DNA from: Rhodothermales bacterium
GTDB taxonomy: Bacteria > Bacteroidota > Rhodothermia > Rhodothermales > VXPQ01
Assembly (NCBI GenBank): GCA_951812345.1
Contig: OX638295.1
Location: 1,582,965-1,646,964, forward strand
DNA: 64,000 nt
Direction: 5' to 3'
Under the pieces are notes generated by a model. It was not told where the DNA came from, ran no database searches, and saw only the letters and a list, made by a program, of their open reading frames with translations. Below are positions 47,464 through 57,532 of this stretch, piece after piece. The position numbers and the translations under genes are program-made. Within the stretch, counting starts at the first letter, position 1, and each line of letters begins with the position of its first letter.

Positions 47464-48813
47464 ATGTTTGAGAGCCTCTCGCAAAAGGTTGAAGGCGCGT
47501 TAAAGCGCGTCAGTGGCCAAGGGCGCATTAACGAGTTGAATGTCGCGAACATGATGCGTGACATACGGCGCGCTCTGCTGGAGGCCGATGTAAACTACCA
47601 GGTTACACTCGATTTTACGGAACGCGTTCGCAGTGAGGCTCTTGGGGAAGACGTTCTATCGTCGGTTTCTCCCGGACAGCAACTCGTAAAGCTGGTTTAT
47701 GACGAACTGGTCCGCCTCCTCGGAGACGATCACAAAGGCATTGCCCTTGCACAGCATCCTCCCACGGTCATTCTTGTGGCGGGTCTGCAAGGATCCGGCA
47801 AAACCACCTTCTGTGCAAAGCTTGCCCGGTATTTCAGGCAGCAGGGCAACACCCCTTTGTTGGCGGCTGCCGATGTGTACCGTCCGGCGGCGGTAGCTCA
47901 ACTCGAGACGCTGGCCCGGTCCATTGACATCCCGGTGCATTCCGTTCTGCAAAACGGACAACCTGTCCAGGATGCGGTGCGCGTAGCGCGCGAAGCCATT
48001 CGGGAAGCCCGGCGTAATGCACGCGATATCGTCATCGTAGACACGGCAGGACGACTTCATGTCGACGAAGAAATGATGACCGAAGTGGCGGACATCAAAC
48101 ACGCCGTAGACCCGGACGAAATTCTCTTTGTAGTGGACAGCATGACGGGGCAGGATGCTGTTCAGGCAGCACTTGCTTTCAATGAACGTCTTGACTTTGA
48201 CGGCGTCGTGCTTTCCAAACTGGACGGAGACACACGCGGCGGTGCAGCGCTCTCCATACGCTCGGTCGTCCAGAAGCCGATCAAATTCGCCTCCACAGGA
48301 GAAAAAGTAGATGCTCTCACTCCGTTTCACCCGGATCGTATTGCACGACGCATTCTCGGTATGGGCGATGTCGTCTCGCTCGTCGAAAAAGCCCAGGAAC
48401 AATTCGACGACCGGCAAGCCGAGCAACTACGTAAAAAGATACGTTCACAGGATTTCGATCTGGCCGATTTCTATGAGCAACTCCAGCGAATTCGAAAAAT
48501 GGGGTCGCTCAGCGACATTGCCGGGATGCTCCCGGGCATGAGTCGTCAGATGCGCGATGTGAATATTGACGATAACACCTTCACCCACGTTGAAGCTATT
48601 ATCCTTTCTATGACGCCCGAGGAACGTCGCCATCCGTCCATACTGAACGGAAGCCGCCGCCGCCGAATCGCGCGGGGCAGTGGGACAGAGGTACGTGACG
48701 TGAATCAACTGCTCAAGCAGTTCAAAGACATGAAAAGGATGATGAAAACCGTTTCACGTATGACGGATGCAAAAAGGTCGGTAGACCTTGCCAGATTAGT
48801 AGGGCAGGCATAG
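47464..48813 (+). CDS. ffh: signal recognition particle protein
   Basis: 449 aa: GLQGSGKTT, DTAGRL, and an M domain with a Met-rich loop. Confidence 0.97.
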   Translation: MFESLSQKVEGALKRVSGQGRINELNVANMMRDIRRALLEADVNYQVTLDFTERVRSEALGEDVLSSVSPGQQLVKLVYDELVRLLGDDHKGIALAQHPPTVILVAGLQGSGKTTFCAKLARYFRQQGNTPLLAAADVYRPAAVAQLETLARSIDIPVHSVLQNGQPVQDAVRVAREAIREARRNARDIVIVDTAGRLHVDEEMMTEVADIKHAVDPDEILFVVDSMTGQDAVQAALAFNERLDFDGVVLSKLDGDTRGGAALSIRSVVQKPIKFASTGEKVDALTPFHPDRIARRILGMGDVVSLVEKAQEQFDDRQAEQLRKKIRSQDFDLADFYEQLQRIRKMGSLSDIAGMLPGMSRQMRDVNIDDNTFTHVEAIILSMTPEERRHPSILNGSRRRRIARGSGTEVRDVNQLLKQFKDMKRMMKTVSRMTDAKRSVDLARLVGQA

Positions 48814-48895
48814 CATCTCTATTGCAGCAAGGGCGCGAAAAACTCCGCGTTACGCACCACACTTACTCAATCATCGGAACCAAGAGGCATACACC

Positions 48896-49813
48896 GTGGC
48901 AGTCAAACTTCGTTTGCGTCGTATGGGACGCAAGAAACTTCCGCTCTGGACTATAGTCGCCGCCGACTCGCGTCGCGCACGTGACGGTCGCTATATCGAA
49001 AAATTGGGCAATTACAATCCTCTCGTTAAGCCCTCTGCAGTCGACCTGAACGTAGAACGGATCCATTACTGGCTTTCGCAGGGAGCACAGCCATCCGATA
49101 CCGTGCGTAATCTACTGAGCCGGGAAGGCATTTTACTGGAGCGGCACCTTCGCCTCAAAGGAAAACCGGAAGCAGATATCCTGCAAGCAGTAACGGAGCA
49201 TCGCGAACGACATGCGGCAGAACGAGCGGCTTCCGCAAAAGAAACACCGCAAGTCCGCCGTCAGAAAGTGCTGGATGAGGAAAAGAAACGTGTGGCCAAG
49301 CAGGAAGCGGATACGGCAAAGCGCCGGGCCGAAGAACAGGAAAAAGCGAGGCTGGAGGCGGAAGCAGCTAAAAAGAAGTTGGCCCAGGAACGTGCCGAGG
49401 CAGAGAAGGCTGCTGCTGAAGTTGCCGAAAAAGAGCAGACTGCGGCCTCAAGCGCCGAGGCGGAACCGGTAGATACCGCAGAGGCAACCTCTGCTGAAAA
49501 AGCGGACAGCACGAAAGAGGAGGCGCCGAAAGCTACTGCCGAGGAGCCGGCTGAGGCTGTGAGCGCCGAGGCTGAACAGACAGATGCTGCGGATGAAACT
49601 CCGGCTGCAAAGGCAGACAGCACGGAAGAGGAAGCGCCGGAAGCCGCTGCCGAAGAGCAGGCTGAGGCTGTGAGCGCCGAGGCGGAGCCGGCAGATGCCG
49701 CGGAGGCAACCTCTGATGAAAAAGCAGACAGCACGGAAGAGGAAGCGTCCGGAGCCGCTTCCGTGGAAGACGCTACCCCCGAAGACAAGGTGAAAAAGAA
49801 GGCGAAAAAGTAA
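48896..49813 (+). CDS. rpsP: 30S ribosomal protein S16 with a ~215-aa Lys/Glu/Ala-rich C-terminal extension
   Basis: GTG start. (M)AVKLRLRRMGRKK..Y.IV.ADSR..RDGR.IE.LG.YNP is canonical S16 for the first ~85 aa. The remainder is low complexity. Confidence 0.9.
   Translation: MAVKLRLRRMGRKKLPLWTIVAADSRRARDGRYIEKLGNYNPLVKPSAVDLNVERIHYWLSQGAQPSDTVRNLLSREGILLERHLRLKGKPEADILQAVTEHRERHAAERAASAKETPQVRRQKVLDEEKKRVAKQEADTAKRRAEEQEKARLEAEAAKKKLAQERAEAEKAAAEVAEKEQTAASSAEAEPVDTAEATSAEKADSTKEEAPKATAEEPAEAVSAEAEQTDAADETPAAKADSTEEEAPEAAAEEQAEAVSAEAEPADAAEATSDEKADSTEEEASGAASVEDATPEDKVKKKAKK
49454..49770 (+). repeat. 111-bp (37-codon) in-frame tandem repeat, ~2.9 copies, inside the rpsP 3' extension
   Basis: Units begin at 49454, 49565 and 49676, each with GCCGAGGC. 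The peptide units are ..AEATSAEKADSTKEEAPKATAEEPAEAVS / AEAEQTDAADETPAAKADSTEEEAPEAAAEEQAEAVS / AEAEPADAAEATSDEKADSTEEEASGAAS. Confidence 0.9.
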
Positions 49814-49843
49814 CGCCTTCTTCTGTGCCTGTTCATTGAACTC

Positions 49844-50389
49844 ATGACAAACACCGGCCAAACCGATACGCTCCTGCTTCTGGGGCGCGTATACCGGGCG
49901 CATGGGCTGTCGGGCGAAATCAAGGTAATCCCCGAAACGGACGATCCAACGAGATTCGAAGCATTGTCGGCGCTGTATGTCGGACAGGCTCCCGATGCGG
50001 CTCGTCTTATGAACGTGCAGGGCGTCCGCTATCAACACGCTCGCAAGGGGACGCTCGTAATTCTCAAGCTGGAAACCGTCGAATCGCGGGAGGCAGCCGA
50101 GGCATTACGAGGCGCCTCGCTTTATGCTCCTGCCGATGCGCTTCCCGAGCTGGACGAAGATGAATTTTACCTTCGCGATCTGGTTGGACTTACTGCCGTC
50201 GATGAAAATGGTGACCGGATTGGCGTTGTGGAGGATGTGTTGACATTCCCGGGACAAGATATGCTCGTTATTGCACGAGACCGGCAGCCGTCGGCCATGG
50301 TGCCGGCCGTGCCTGAATTCGTGACGGCCATCGATCTTGAGGCAGGGCAAATCACCCTTCGCGTTATCGAAGGACTACTTGACGGATAA
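49844..50389 (+). CDS. rimM: 16S rRNA processing protein RimM
   Basis: [18 protein letters not shown] plus a PRC barrel. It occupies the rimM position in the trmD operon. Confidence 0.9.
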   Translation: MTNTGQTDTLLLLGRVYRAHGLSGEIKVIPETDDPTRFEALSALYVGQAPDAARLMNVQGVRYQHARKGTLVILKLETVESREAAEALRGASLYAPADALPELDEDEFYLRDLVGLTAVDENGDRIGVVEDVLTFPGQDMLVIARDRQPSAMVPAVPEFVTAIDLEAGQITLRVIEGLLDG

Positions 50390-50403
50390 ACAGGAAATAC
50401 ACC

Positions 50404-51087
50404 GTGCGCATTGATATTGTGACCGTACTTCCTGAATTGGTTGCCAGTGTGCTGAAGCACGGTGTGCTCCAGCGTGCCGCGGACAAGGGCCTGGTGGATG
50501 TCCGGGTTCACGACATCCGGACGTACACATTGGATAAACACCGGCAGGTGGACGACTACCCGTACGGGGGCGGCGCAGGCATGGTATTGAAACCGGAACC
50601 CGTTTTCCGGTGTATAGAAGCGATTCGGGCTGAAAGCGACGTATCTGTTGATGAGGTCGTATATCTCACACCGGATGGCGAAACATTGACGCAAGAGACG
50701 GCTACGGCAATGTCTCTCCAGAAACACATTGTGCTCTTGGCCGGACATTACATAGGGGTAGATCAGCGGATCCGCGATGCGCTGGTTACTCGGGAAATAT
50801 CCATGGGGGACTATGTCCTGAGTGGCGGTGAAATCCCGGCGCTCGTTCTCACGGATGCCATGGCGCGCTTGATCCCAGGGGTTCTGGGGGATGCCGAATC
50901 GGCATTGTCCGACTCGTTTCAGGACGGACTGCTGGGGGCTCCGGTGTATACGCGTCCCGCTGAGTTTCGGGGCATGAGTGTGCCGGAGGTTTTACGGTCC
51001 GGAAACCATAGGGAAATTGCCCGTTGGAGAGAACAGCAACGACAGCACCTGACGCAACGTCGAAGACCGGATTTATCCGGAAACTGA
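50404..51087 (+). CDS. trmD: tRNA (guanine37-N1)-methyltransferase
   Basis: GTG start: [43 protein letters not shown]. Confidence 0.95.
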   Translation: MRIDIVTVLPELVASVLKHGVLQRAADKGLVDVRVHDIRTYTLDKHRQVDDYPYGGGAGMVLKPEPVFRCIEAIRAESDVSVDEVVYLTPDGETLTQETATAMSLQKHIVLLAGHYIGVDQRIRDALVTREISMGDYVLSGGEIPALVLTDAMARLIPGVLGDAESALSDSFQDGLLGAPVYTRPAEFRGMSVPEVLRSGNHREIARWREQQRQHLTQRRRPDLSGN

Positions 51088-51162
51088 ATCCGCATTCCGA
51101 AACCTGGTTCGTACCAGGCATCATCGTAATTTAGACATCATCCTGTTTAGAGGTACAGCGCC

Positions 51163-51528
51163 ATGGCTACGGATCTATTACATCTCGTCGAAACGACTCA
51201 GGTTCGGGACGACATGCCGGAATTCCGGCCCGGCGATACGGTGAACGTACACTTTCGCGTAGTCGAGGGGGATAAGGAACGTATCCAGCAGTACCAGGGC
51301 GTTGTCATTGCCGAACAAGGTTCCGGGGCGGGTCGGACATTTACGGTACGCAAGATATCCAATGGGGTAGGAGTAGAGCGTATTTTCCCGCTCTACTCAC
51401 CCAAAATTGCGAAGATTGAATGTGTTCGTCAGGGGCGCGTGCGGCGGGCAAAACTCTATTTTCTGCGGTCCCGGCGCGGAAAGGCGGCGCGTATCAAGGA
51501 GAAAATCCGTGACGCGTCCAAACGATAG
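51163..51528 (+). CDS. rplS: 50S ribosomal protein L19
   Basis: FRPGDTV.V...[15 protein letters not shown]......[15 protein letters not shown]. Confidence 0.95.
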   Translation: MATDLLHLVETTQVRDDMPEFRPGDTVNVHFRVVEGDKERIQQYQGVVIAEQGSGAGRTFTVRKISNGVGVERIFPLYSPKIAKIECVRQGRVRRAKLYFLRSRRGKAARIKEKIRDASKR

Positions 51529-51991
51529 AGAATCGGGAGACATCACTCCTGTCGCAAAAAACCGCAAGGCGTATTACGAATACCACGTCGAGGAAACGAT
51601 CGAAGCGGGGATCGCGTTGCGGGGCAGCGAGGTAAAGTCCGTCCGGCAGGGAAAAATCAGCCTGCAGGAAGCCTGGTGCCATGTTGAGGGTGGAACGATG
51701 AAGCTGATGGATTGCCACATTGCGCCCTATGTGTTTGCCGATGCCTCAACGGCGCCCTCGCCGGTACGCCCCAGGCAGCTTTTGCTGCATCGCCGAGAGA
51801 TCCTTAAATGGCAAAAGGCTTGCGCCCAAAAGGGATATACGATTATTCCGCTGTCCGTTTATGTAAGAAACGGGTATGCGAAGGTGAAGATCGGACTTTG
51901 TAAAGGGAAAAAACTGCATGACAAGCGGACCAGTGTCGCCGAGCGGGAAGCAAAGCGCCGCATGGAACGGGCTTCTCGTGTTCGGCATTGA
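51509..51991 (+). CDS. smpB: SsrA-binding protein
   Basis: [44 protein letters not shown]. There is no in-frame ATG upstream of the conserved N-terminus. GTG 51509 is the best candidate start and overlaps the rplS 3' end by 20 nt. Confidence 0.82.
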   Translation: MTRPNDRESGDITPVAKNRKAYYEYHVEETIEAGIALRGSEVKSVRQGKISLQEAWCHVEGGTMKLMDCHIAPYVFADASTAPSPVRPRQLLLHRREILKWQKACAQKGYTIIPLSVYVRNGYAKVKIGLCKGKKLHDKRTSVAEREAKRRMERASRVRH

Positions 51992-51996
51992 AACCC

Positions 51997-53232
51997 ATGA
52001 AATTTCCTCCGATCGACAAACAACTTGCGCTGATCGAGCGTGGCGTGGCTGAAATAGTCCCGGAAGACGCCCTGGTCGAGAAACTGCGCAGGGCGGAAAA
52101 GACGGGCGAGCCGCTCATCGTCAAGCTGGGATGCGATCCAAGCCGCCCCGACCTGCATCTGGGCCACTCGGTGGTGCTCCGCAAACTGCGGCAGTTTCAG
52201 GATATTGGCCACCAGGCAGTGCTTATCGTAGGAGATTTTACGGGAATGATCGGCGATCCAAGCGGACGTTCCCGAGAACGTCCTGCGCTGACCGTCGAAG
52301 AAACCAGAGAAAACGGGCGTTCCTACTTTGAGCAGGCATCGCGCATTCTCGACCCCGAACGTACGCGGATCGTCTACAACTCGGAATGGCTGGAGAATCT
52401 GAGCTTCAGCGATGTGATCCAGCTGGCAGGGAAATATACCGTTGCCCGGATGCTCGAACGCGACGATTTCGAGAAGCGATACAAGTCCGGCGAGCCGATA
52501 GGCATCCATGAGTTTCTCTATCCGCTTGCCCAGGCGCAGGATTCGGTAGCGATCCGGGCGGATATCGAACTGGGCGGCACCGATCAGAAATTTAATCTGC
52601 TCGTAGGGCGGGCGGTGCAGCAATCCGAAAGGATCGAACCCCAGGTATGTATCATGATGCCTATCCTTCCCGGTACGGACGGCGTCGAGAAAATGTCCAA
52701 ATCGCTCGATAACTATATCGGTATATCGGAACCTCCTGAAGAAATGTACGGGAAGACGCTTTCCATTCCGGATGATCTTATCTACCGCTGGTTCGAGTTG
52801 GCCACAAACGTGCCAACAGAAGAGCTGCTGGCGATAAAAGCCGCTGCGAAGAAGGAGCCCCGAAATACGAAACATCGACTTGCCTGGACGATCGCGAGCA
52901 TGTATCACGGCGATGACGCGGCAGACCAGGCTCGCAGTCACTTCGAGAAAATCATAATCAAGGGAGGCATACCGGAGAACATGGAAAGCGTCCGGTTTGC
53001 GGCGGACGAAGAACCTCGCATGGGTATTCTCGATCTCATGACCCGGGCAGGGTTGACGAGTTCGAACGGGGAAGCCCGGCGTCTCATTGCGCAACATGCC
53101 GTTTCCATGGACGGGAAGAAGATATCCGACGTGCGGATGGAAGTGAATGTACATACAGGCCCTTCCTTCGTGCTCAAAGCGGGCAAACGACGGTTCGTCC
53201 GCATTTTGCGGGAGGAAGAGGGCGGTTCCTGA
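51997..53232 (+). CDS. tyrS: tyrosine--tRNA ligase (type 2)
   Basis: ATG 51997 (TTG 51988 overlaps the smpB stop). HIGH motif DLHLGH, KMSKS motif present, and a C-terminal S4 domain. Confidence 0.95.
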   Translation: MKFPPIDKQLALIERGVAEIVPEDALVEKLRRAEKTGEPLIVKLGCDPSRPDLHLGHSVVLRKLRQFQDIGHQAVLIVGDFTGMIGDPSGRSRERPALTVEETRENGRSYFEQASRILDPERTRIVYNSEWLENLSFSDVIQLAGKYTVARMLERDDFEKRYKSGEPIGIHEFLYPLAQAQDSVAIRADIELGGTDQKFNLLVGRAVQQSERIEPQVCIMMPILPGTDGVEKMSKSLDNYIGISEPPEEMYGKTLSIPDDLIYRWFELATNVPTEELLAIKAAAKKEPRNTKHRLAWTIASMYHGDDAADQARSHFEKIIIKGGIPENMESVRFAADEEPRMGILDLMTRAGLTSSNGEARRLIAQHAVSMDGKKISDVRMEVNVHTGPSFVLKAGKRRFVRILREEEGGS

Positions 53233-53309
53233 GTGGAACCATTATCTCCGGGATACATACTTACCGTGTACGCTGACCACTGCGAGTACGCACATCGTTT
53301 CTGCTTGTA

Positions 53310-55754
53310 ATGCGCGCGCGCCACATCGTTCTCCTTCTCGGCTTTCTTTTCCTTTCGCATGCCGGGTACGCCCAATCGGCGGATCAGGACATGGAGGAGG
53401 GAGTCTCGGCCTTTCAGGAAGGATCGTACGAAGAAGCCGAACAGGTCCTGCTGCACATCACGGAGGCGGATCCGGATCGGGCGGAAGCACATTACCTGCT
53501 TGCCCGCCTGTATACTGAAACTCCTTTATCCGATCCGGACAAGGCCGAGGATGCGCTGGACGAGGCTATCCGGATCGAACCGGCGAACCCCGATTATCTG
53601 GTCGCCAAATTGCTGCAATTACGCAGGAAACCCCGGACTCTCCTGCAAGAACGCCTCCGCGAACAGCGGCGAATCGCGCTCGCAAAGCAGATTCTCTCTA
53701 TCGATTCGACCAATGCGTTCGCACACGAGGAACTGGGAACGCTCTTTATCCGCGACTTCTGGCGTTATCGCAATGCCATGATGTTTCCGACCATGGCCTT
53801 CAGCGGAAGTTTGTATCGTGGAAGCTCGGCTATGGCGCTGGGCGATCCGCCGACTTTTCAGGGTGCTCCTCTACAGGAGGAGATGGAAACAGACGATTCT
53901 TTCAACGATACGGAGGCGTCTCCTCAGCAGACAGGTCCCGCTTTCGTTGCCGATCCCGGCAACGTGTTCCTTGCGGATCGCTTCGATGTAGAAACACTTG
54001 AGGAACAGGGAGTGCCCATCCTGGATTTGTCGGGACGAGCGCAGAAGGCGTTTGAACGGGCCGTCGAACATCTCGAGGGCGCCCTCGCATCCGACCCCCT
54101 CAGACACTCTGTGTATCGTCAACTCATGAAGATATACGCCCTGAAGGGAGAATACGATGCAGCGGAGGAGATGCTTGAAAATATGTATACGTTCTTCCCG
54201 GAAGAGTCTTCTACATGGTTGTATCTGGGATTGGCGCGGGCATATGGAGGCGATCCTGAAGGGGCCGCCAGTGCTTTCGAGACGGCCTTGCAGTATATGG
54301 ACAACGAGGAAAAAAACGTTTTTGAAACCCTCTCTTTACTGCTTTTGCCCGAGGAAGAAAATATCTACGAAGAGGATCCTGTTACCTATACCTCCCGATT
54401 CTGGGCAAGCAAGGATCCTCGCTATCTCACTCCCTGGAACGAACGAAAGATCGAGCACTATGCCCGGCTTGTGTATGCCGATCTGCTATACGGCAGCGAA
54501 GGCCTCGAGCTGCGAGGCTGGGATACGGAACGGGGGCATATTCTGGTGCGGTACGGCCCCCCCGAACGGGATGTCGTGATTGTTCCAGGCAGTTCGTCCG
54601 GGATAAAGAATCTTGGAGATGCGCCCACATCCCGAACGGAGGCCAGGTCTGGATCCAGGGATCAATTAAGGCCGACCGACATGGGTTTTAACCCGCGAAC
54701 GTTCCATCTCGGCGGGGATTTCGACATGCTTGCCGAAGTCAATACCTTCAACATATGGGACTATGGGGATTTCCGGTTCGTATTCGAGGATCCGTTCCGC
54801 AACGGAGAGTACCGGCTGTATTCTCCCACCGCTTCCGATATGTCTGCCGGGGTTCCGGCCTGGCTGAACGATTATTCGATCATTGCGAGAGAAACGATTG
54901 CGCAGACCCCGGAGCGATATGAATATGAAGCGCCTGGCCGGCGGGTGGATATCCCGTTTGTGGCAAGCGCATTCAAGGGAAGCGGACAGGATGCGGATAT
55001 TTACGTGTCGTACGGCATTCCGATTTCCGAGGACGGGAGTCAACGGGAATCCATAGACATAGCTGCCCGCATCGGGGCGTTTCTTGTCGGCGAACACCGG
55101 GATATCCTGGTCGAAAGGCGCCAAACGATATATGGGCTTCAAGGTGATCGCATTCGTTCCTTCGATGAAGCTCATCTCTGGGTGGGGGGGCAGGTCATGA
55201 CGGCGCCTCCGGGACAACATGAGGTGTCCATGGAGTTTGAAACGGCCAGTGGGGGTTCCATCGCCGTGCAGCGCAGACCTATTGAAGTGCCTGATTTTAC
55301 GCAAGACGATCTCCAACTCAGTGATCTGATGCTGGCCTATGGTATCGAAGAGGCTGATCCCGGGACTGCGGAAAGCGTCACCATACAACGGGGGGGATTT
55401 TCCATTATGTCCGCCCCGTGGAACGTGTTTTCGCACAGGCAGCCCATTTATCTCTTTTTTGAGATATACCGGCTTACGCGTACCGGGAGTGGGGAAACAC
55501 AGTACGAAATGGAGGCCCGCCTTACGCCCAGAAACAACGCAAGAGGCATAGCCCGGATCGTTAAAAATCTTTTCGGAACAGGCGGCGGCGTTTCAGTGAG
55601 CGTGCCCGGCTCAGGGTCATTGCCCGACGAAACAAACTACCTTATCCTGGACGCCACAAATCAGGCGCCTGGACTATATACCCTCACGCTGCGTGTACGT
55701 GATCTCGTTGGCGGCAAAAGCGTCGACCGTACGATAGACCTTTTTCTGGAATAA
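53310..55754 (+). CDS. GWxTD-domain protein with N-terminal TPR region, secreted
   Basis: 814 aa with a signal peptide (..SHAGYAQS). The GWDTERGHILVRYGPP motif is the GWxTD signature. Confidence 0.85.
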   Translation: MRARHIVLLLGFLFLSHAGYAQSADQDMEEGVSAFQEGSYEEAEQVLLHITEADPDRAEAHYLLARLYTETPLSDPDKAEDALDEAIRIEPANPDYLVAKLLQLRRKPRTLLQERLREQRRIALAKQILSIDSTNAFAHEELGTLFIRDFWRYRNAMMFPTMAFSGSLYRGSSAMALGDPPTFQGAPLQEEMETDDSFNDTEASPQQTGPAFVADPGNVFLADRFDVETLEEQGVPILDLSGRAQKAFERAVEHLEGALASDPLRHSVYRQLMKIYALKGEYDAAEEMLENMYTFFPEESSTWLYLGLARAYGGDPEGAASAFETALQYMDNEEKNVFETLSLLLLPEEENIYEEDPVTYTSRFWASKDPRYLTPWNERKIEHYARLVYADLLYGSEGLELRGWDTERGHILVRYGPPERDVVIVPGSSSGIKNLGDAPTSRTEARSGSRDQLRPTDMGFNPRTFHLGGDFDMLAEVNTFNIWDYGDFRFVFEDPFRNGEYRLYSPTASDMSAGVPAWLNDYSIIARETIAQTPERYEYEAPGRRVDIPFVASAFKGSGQDADIYVSYGIPISEDGSQRESIDIAARIGAFLVGEHRDILVERRQTIYGLQGDRIRSFDEAHLWVGGQVMTAPPGQHEVSMEFETASGGSIAVQRRPIEVPDFTQDDLQLSDLMLAYGIEEADPGTAESVTIQRGGFSIMSAPWNVFSHRQPIYLFFEIYRLTRTGSGETQYEMEARLTPRNNARGIARIVKNLFGTGGGVSVSVPGSGSLPDETNYLILDATNQAPGLYTLTLRVRDLVGGKSVDRTIDLFLE

Positions 55755-55836
55755 GCCGTCGCACCGGCGTTTTCCCGGACAGGTTAAAGAAGAACGTGTC
55801 GGCAGGTCGTGCCGGCACCTGAAAAAACAGGCGTTG

Positions 55837-56352
55837 TCAGCCATCCCCCCCCTTGAGAATGTCTTCAAGGGCGCCGGAGACGGAGGCATCCATTTCCTCC
55901 ACCTGGCGCACCATATTCGCCTTGTAATCAGCAACCCTGTCAAGCACATCCGTGTCGGAGGCGCCGATAATCTGCGCAGCAAGTAGCCCTGCATTCCTTG
56001 CTCCGCCAATCGCTACGGTAGCGACGGGAACGCCTCGAGGCATTTGCACAATCGACAGCAATGCGTCGAGACCGTCCATTTTCTTCCCGGGCACAGGAAC
56101 CCCAATCACGGGCAGGGGGGAATAGGCAGCGATCATCCCTGGCAAGTGGGCAGCTCCACCGGCCCCCGCAATGATCGTCCTGACGCCGCGTTCATGCGCT
56201 GTGCGCGCGTATTCCGCCATGTGGTGGGGGGTACGATGCGCCGAAAGAACACGGATCTCAAACGGTATATCCAGGGTGCGCAGCACTTCTGCTGCTTCTG
56301 CCATGACGGGCAGATCCGACCGGGATCCCATTGCGATGCCTACAAGGGCCAT
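55837..56352 (-). CDS. purE: 5-(carboxyamino)imidazole ribonucleotide mutase
   Basis: Start refined to ATG 56352: VGIAMGSRSDLPVM..SAHRTP..IIAGAGGAAHLPGM. Confidence 0.95.
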   Translation of the reverse strand: MALVGIAMGSRSDLPVMAEAAEVLRTLDIPFEIRVLSAHRTPHHMAEYARTAHERGVRTIIAGAGGAAHLPGMIAAYSPLPVIGVPVPGKKMDGLDALLSIVQMPRGVPVATVAIGGARNAGLLAAQIIGASDTDVLDRVADYKANMVRQVEEMDASVSGALEDILKGGDG

Positions 56353-56371
56353 GGTTAAAAAAGGTGTAGTG

Positions 56372-57520
56372 TCACAAGCGAAGGTGTGCAGCAGACGTCT
56401 CGGCAAGGCGGCGCGCAACCGCGCGATCATTGCCGGTAACAGTGACGTGCCCCATTTTACGATGCATCCGCACATTCGGTTTGCCGTACACATGCACGGC
56501 CACGCCAGGAACCGCCAGCGCTTCATCCAGCCCTGCCGAAGACGCCGTTCCATCACGCTTTCCGAATACATTCACCATAATCGCTACGGGCGTGCACAGT
56601 TCCGGGTTTCCCAGAGGGAGATCCAGTACTGCCCGAACATGGTTCTCGAACTGCGACGTATAGCTGCCCTCGATAGAGTAGTGTCCTGTGTTATGCGGCC
56701 GTGGAGCCAACTCATTAATCAGGATGTCTCCATCTTCCGTATGAAAAAGCTCAACAGCAATGAGTCCCGTTCCCTGAACTGCTTCCACGGCGGCAAGTCC
56801 TATCCGGCGCGCCTCGTCGGCTTCGGTGTCTTCGATGCAGGATGGAACCTCTACCGCGTAACAACGATGATTGCGCTGTTCGGTATCCGCAACGGGATAA
56901 ATGACATGCGCGCCCTCAGGCCTGCGGGCAACAAGCACAGAAAGTTCTCTTTGGAACGAAACGAAAGCTTCTATCAACAGGCCGTCTTCCGCCGCAAGGC
57001 GCTCCCAGGCCTCCCGTAGTTCGTCGGCAGAACGGACCGTCGCGTTGCCGTACCCGTCGTACGCATGCGTATATTTTTTAGCGAGTACGGGATACCCGAA
57101 GTGGTCCGCCTCGGTAATGGCCTCTTCCAGCGTGGCGCAGCAAACAAAACGGGGGACAGGCAGCCCGGCGTCCCGCAACCAGGTTTTCTGGCGGCCCTTA
57201 TGGCGGACAATGTCGAGGGTGAAAGAAGAAGGGCGAACAGGGACACGACCCTGTAAGGCGGTCTCTGCTTCTTTTACCGGGGCCCATTCACTCTCGGCCG
57301 TCACCACGGCGCAAACAGCCCCGAAATCGCGCAGCATGCCAGCATCGGTCCAGTCGCCTATGAAGGATTGCCCAAGCCCCTGCACGGGTCCGGACGCTTC
57401 CGGAAGCAAAAAGCGTACTTCGAAACCCATTCGTATGGCGGCCAAGGCAGTCATGCGAGCCAGTTGCCCGCCACCAAGAATTCCCACTACAGGAAAAGCT
57501 CCTTTCGGAAAAGACGGCAT
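56372..57520 (-). CDS. purK: 5-(carboxyamino)imidazole ribonucleotide synthase
   Basis: VGILGGGQLARM plus an ATP-grasp fold. It lies 19 nt upstream of purE. Confidence 0.92.
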   Translation of the reverse strand: MPSFPKGAFPVVGILGGGQLARMTALAAIRMGFEVRFLLPEASGPVQGLGQSFIGDWTDAGMLRDFGAVCAVVTAESEWAPVKEAETALQGRVPVRPSSFTLDIVRHKGRQKTWLRDAGLPVPRFVCCATLEEAITEADHFGYPVLAKKYTHAYDGYGNATVRSADELREAWERLAAEDGLLIEAFVSFQRELSVLVARRPEGAHVIYPVADTEQRNHRCYAVEVPSCIEDTEADEARRIGLAAVEAVQGTGLIAVELFHTEDGDILINELAPRPHNTGHYSIEGSYTSQFENHVRAVLDLPLGNPELCTPVAIMVNVFGKRDGTASSAGLDEALAVPGVAVHVYGKPNVRMHRKMGHVTVTGNDRAVARRLAETSAAHLRL

Positions 57521-57532
57521 GAATCCTATACC

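Noticed and set aside
49261-50038. Two long minus-strand ORFs (220 and 196 aa) opposite the rpsP tail
   Set aside because: They are low-complexity Ser/Ala/Phe strings produced by the reverse complement of the GAA/GCN-rich repeat, not independent genes.
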